Shown here: in pieces, positions 63,296 to 64,000 of the stretch
How the letters are laid out: each line of letters starts with the position of its first letter
How positions within the stretch are numbered: position 1 is the first letter of the stretch
NCBI GenBank assembly: GCA_964418755.1
Contig: CAYQNS010000002.1
Span: 10,561-74,560 of the forward strand
Direction: 5' to 3'
Length of the DNA stretch: 64,000 nucleotides
Source: an uncultured Desulfobacteraceae bacterium
Lineage (GTDB): Bacteria > Desulfobacterota > Desulfobacteria > Desulfobacterales > 4572-123
Made by a program: the position numbers and the translations under genes
The notes under the pieces: model-generated
What the model was told of the DNA's origin: nothing
The model's input: only the letters and a program-made list of their open reading frames with translations
The model's database searches: none

Positions 63296-64000
63296 ATGAA
63301 AAAGTTTGGTGTATTATTCGTTTCGATAGTTGTTGTGTCTGTGTTTTTGGCCGGGCCGGTCATGGCCAAAGACAAAGTAGTTATTTATACTTCTCTGGAA
63401 AATGAAGAAGTGGTGGAATACATTGCGCAGGCTAAAGTGGAGTTGCCGGATCTCGATATTCAGGCGATTCGACTTTCCACCGGAGAACTGGGCGCCAGAA
63501 TGCTGGCTGAAAAAAACAACCCCCAGGCGGATTGTGTCTGGGGCTGGGCCGTCACCAACATGGAGGAATTCGTCCCCAAAAATATGATAAAACCATACAA
63601 ACCGACAGGATGGGACAAGATTCCGGCTCATTTTAAAGACCCCAATGGATACTGGACCGCCATCGATTTATATGCAGCAGCCTTTGTGATCAATACAAAG
63701 GTAATGGAGAAGAAAAACCTCCCTATGCCCAAGGGATGGAACGATCTGCTGAATCCAGCCTATAAAGATATGCTGATCATGCCCAACCCTGCCAGTTCCG
63801 GTACCGGATTCCTGCAGGTCGCCAGTCTGCTGGAGATGCTGGATCCGGATTACAAAACCAAACCGATTGAAGACAACAAAGCCTGGGATTTTTTAAAGAA
63901 ACTCGATAAAAATATGGGCCAGTACATCAAAAGCGGTTCCAAACCGGCCAAGCTGACGGCAGCTGGTGAATACGCCATCGGCTGTTCCTTTGCCTTTGTA
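63296..64000 (+). CDS. ABC transporter substrate-binding protein (Fe3+/2-aminoethylphosphonate-type family), 3' end beyond window
   Basis: It is not in the ORF track because no stop lies within the window. AAAGGAGGA lies 6 nt upstream of ATG 63296. It has a signal peptide (MKKFGVLFVSIVVVSVFLAGPVMA), then KVVIYTS...STGEL..R...E...P.ADV.W. Confidence 0.8.
   Translation, partial: MKKFGVLFVSIVVVSVFLAGPVMAKDKVVIYTSLENEEVVEYIAQAKVELPDLDIQAIRLSTGELGARMLAEKNNPQADCVWGWAVTNMEEFVPKNMIKPYKPTGWDKIPAHFKDPNGYWTAIDLYAAAFVINTKVMEKKNLPMPKGWNDLLNPAYKDMLIMPNPASSGTGFLQVASLLEMLDPDYKTKPIEDNKAWDFLKKLDKNMGQYIKSGSKPAKLTAAGEYAIGCSFAFV

Overview
This is a 64-kb chromosomal window. Its gene content suggests a sulfate-reducer-like deltaproteobacterium of Desulfobacterales type, but that assignment is inference only. 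About 52 kb is core genome. In order it contains: a trp leader with trpE-trpG; threonine aldolase; a split purH; an HD hydrolase; a long PilB/MshE-like ATPase; a complete dcw cluster (mraZ-rsmH-ftsL-ftsI-murE-murF-mraY-murD-ftsW-murG-murC-murB-ftsQ-ftsA-ftsZ, no ddl); a TIGR03960-like radical SAM gene; a multihaem cytochrome c with rnfCDGEA; several small enzymes; a non-Pyl MttB homologue; lnt; prfB with its +1 frameshift; serA; ispE-tRNA-Gln-prs-rplY-pth; hppA; carD; and rluD. From about 52.5 kb onward the sequence looks more AT-rich by eye and accessory. That part holds an ABC importer, a URO-D/MtaA-family protein, a saccharopine-dehydrogenase-like protein, a GntR/HutC regulator, cobD and a second binding protein. 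The strongest novelty candidate is an atypical Rnf module. It pairs a 5-haem cytochrome with rnfCDGEA, has no rnfB or apbE, has a methyltransferase in the rnfB slot, and shows apparently degenerate RnfC nucleotide-loop and RnfD flavinylation motifs. Other notable items:
- a W-W-W leader peptide with tandem terminators upstream of trpE;
- a PilB-like ATPase with about 7-8 MshEN-type motif repeats;
- a triple GTGGA MraZ operator;
- a REP-like palindrome inside the dcw operon;
- a cyclophilin with an in-frame core deletion;
- a 117-bp MITE-like element;
- a 19-codon relic of a paralogue of the saccharopine-dehydrogenase-like gene, whose four differences in the 49-nt core are all synonymous;
- a promoter/SD-equipped 21-codon ORF.
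All calls come from reading the sequence and from recalled family motifs. No searches or folding programs were run.
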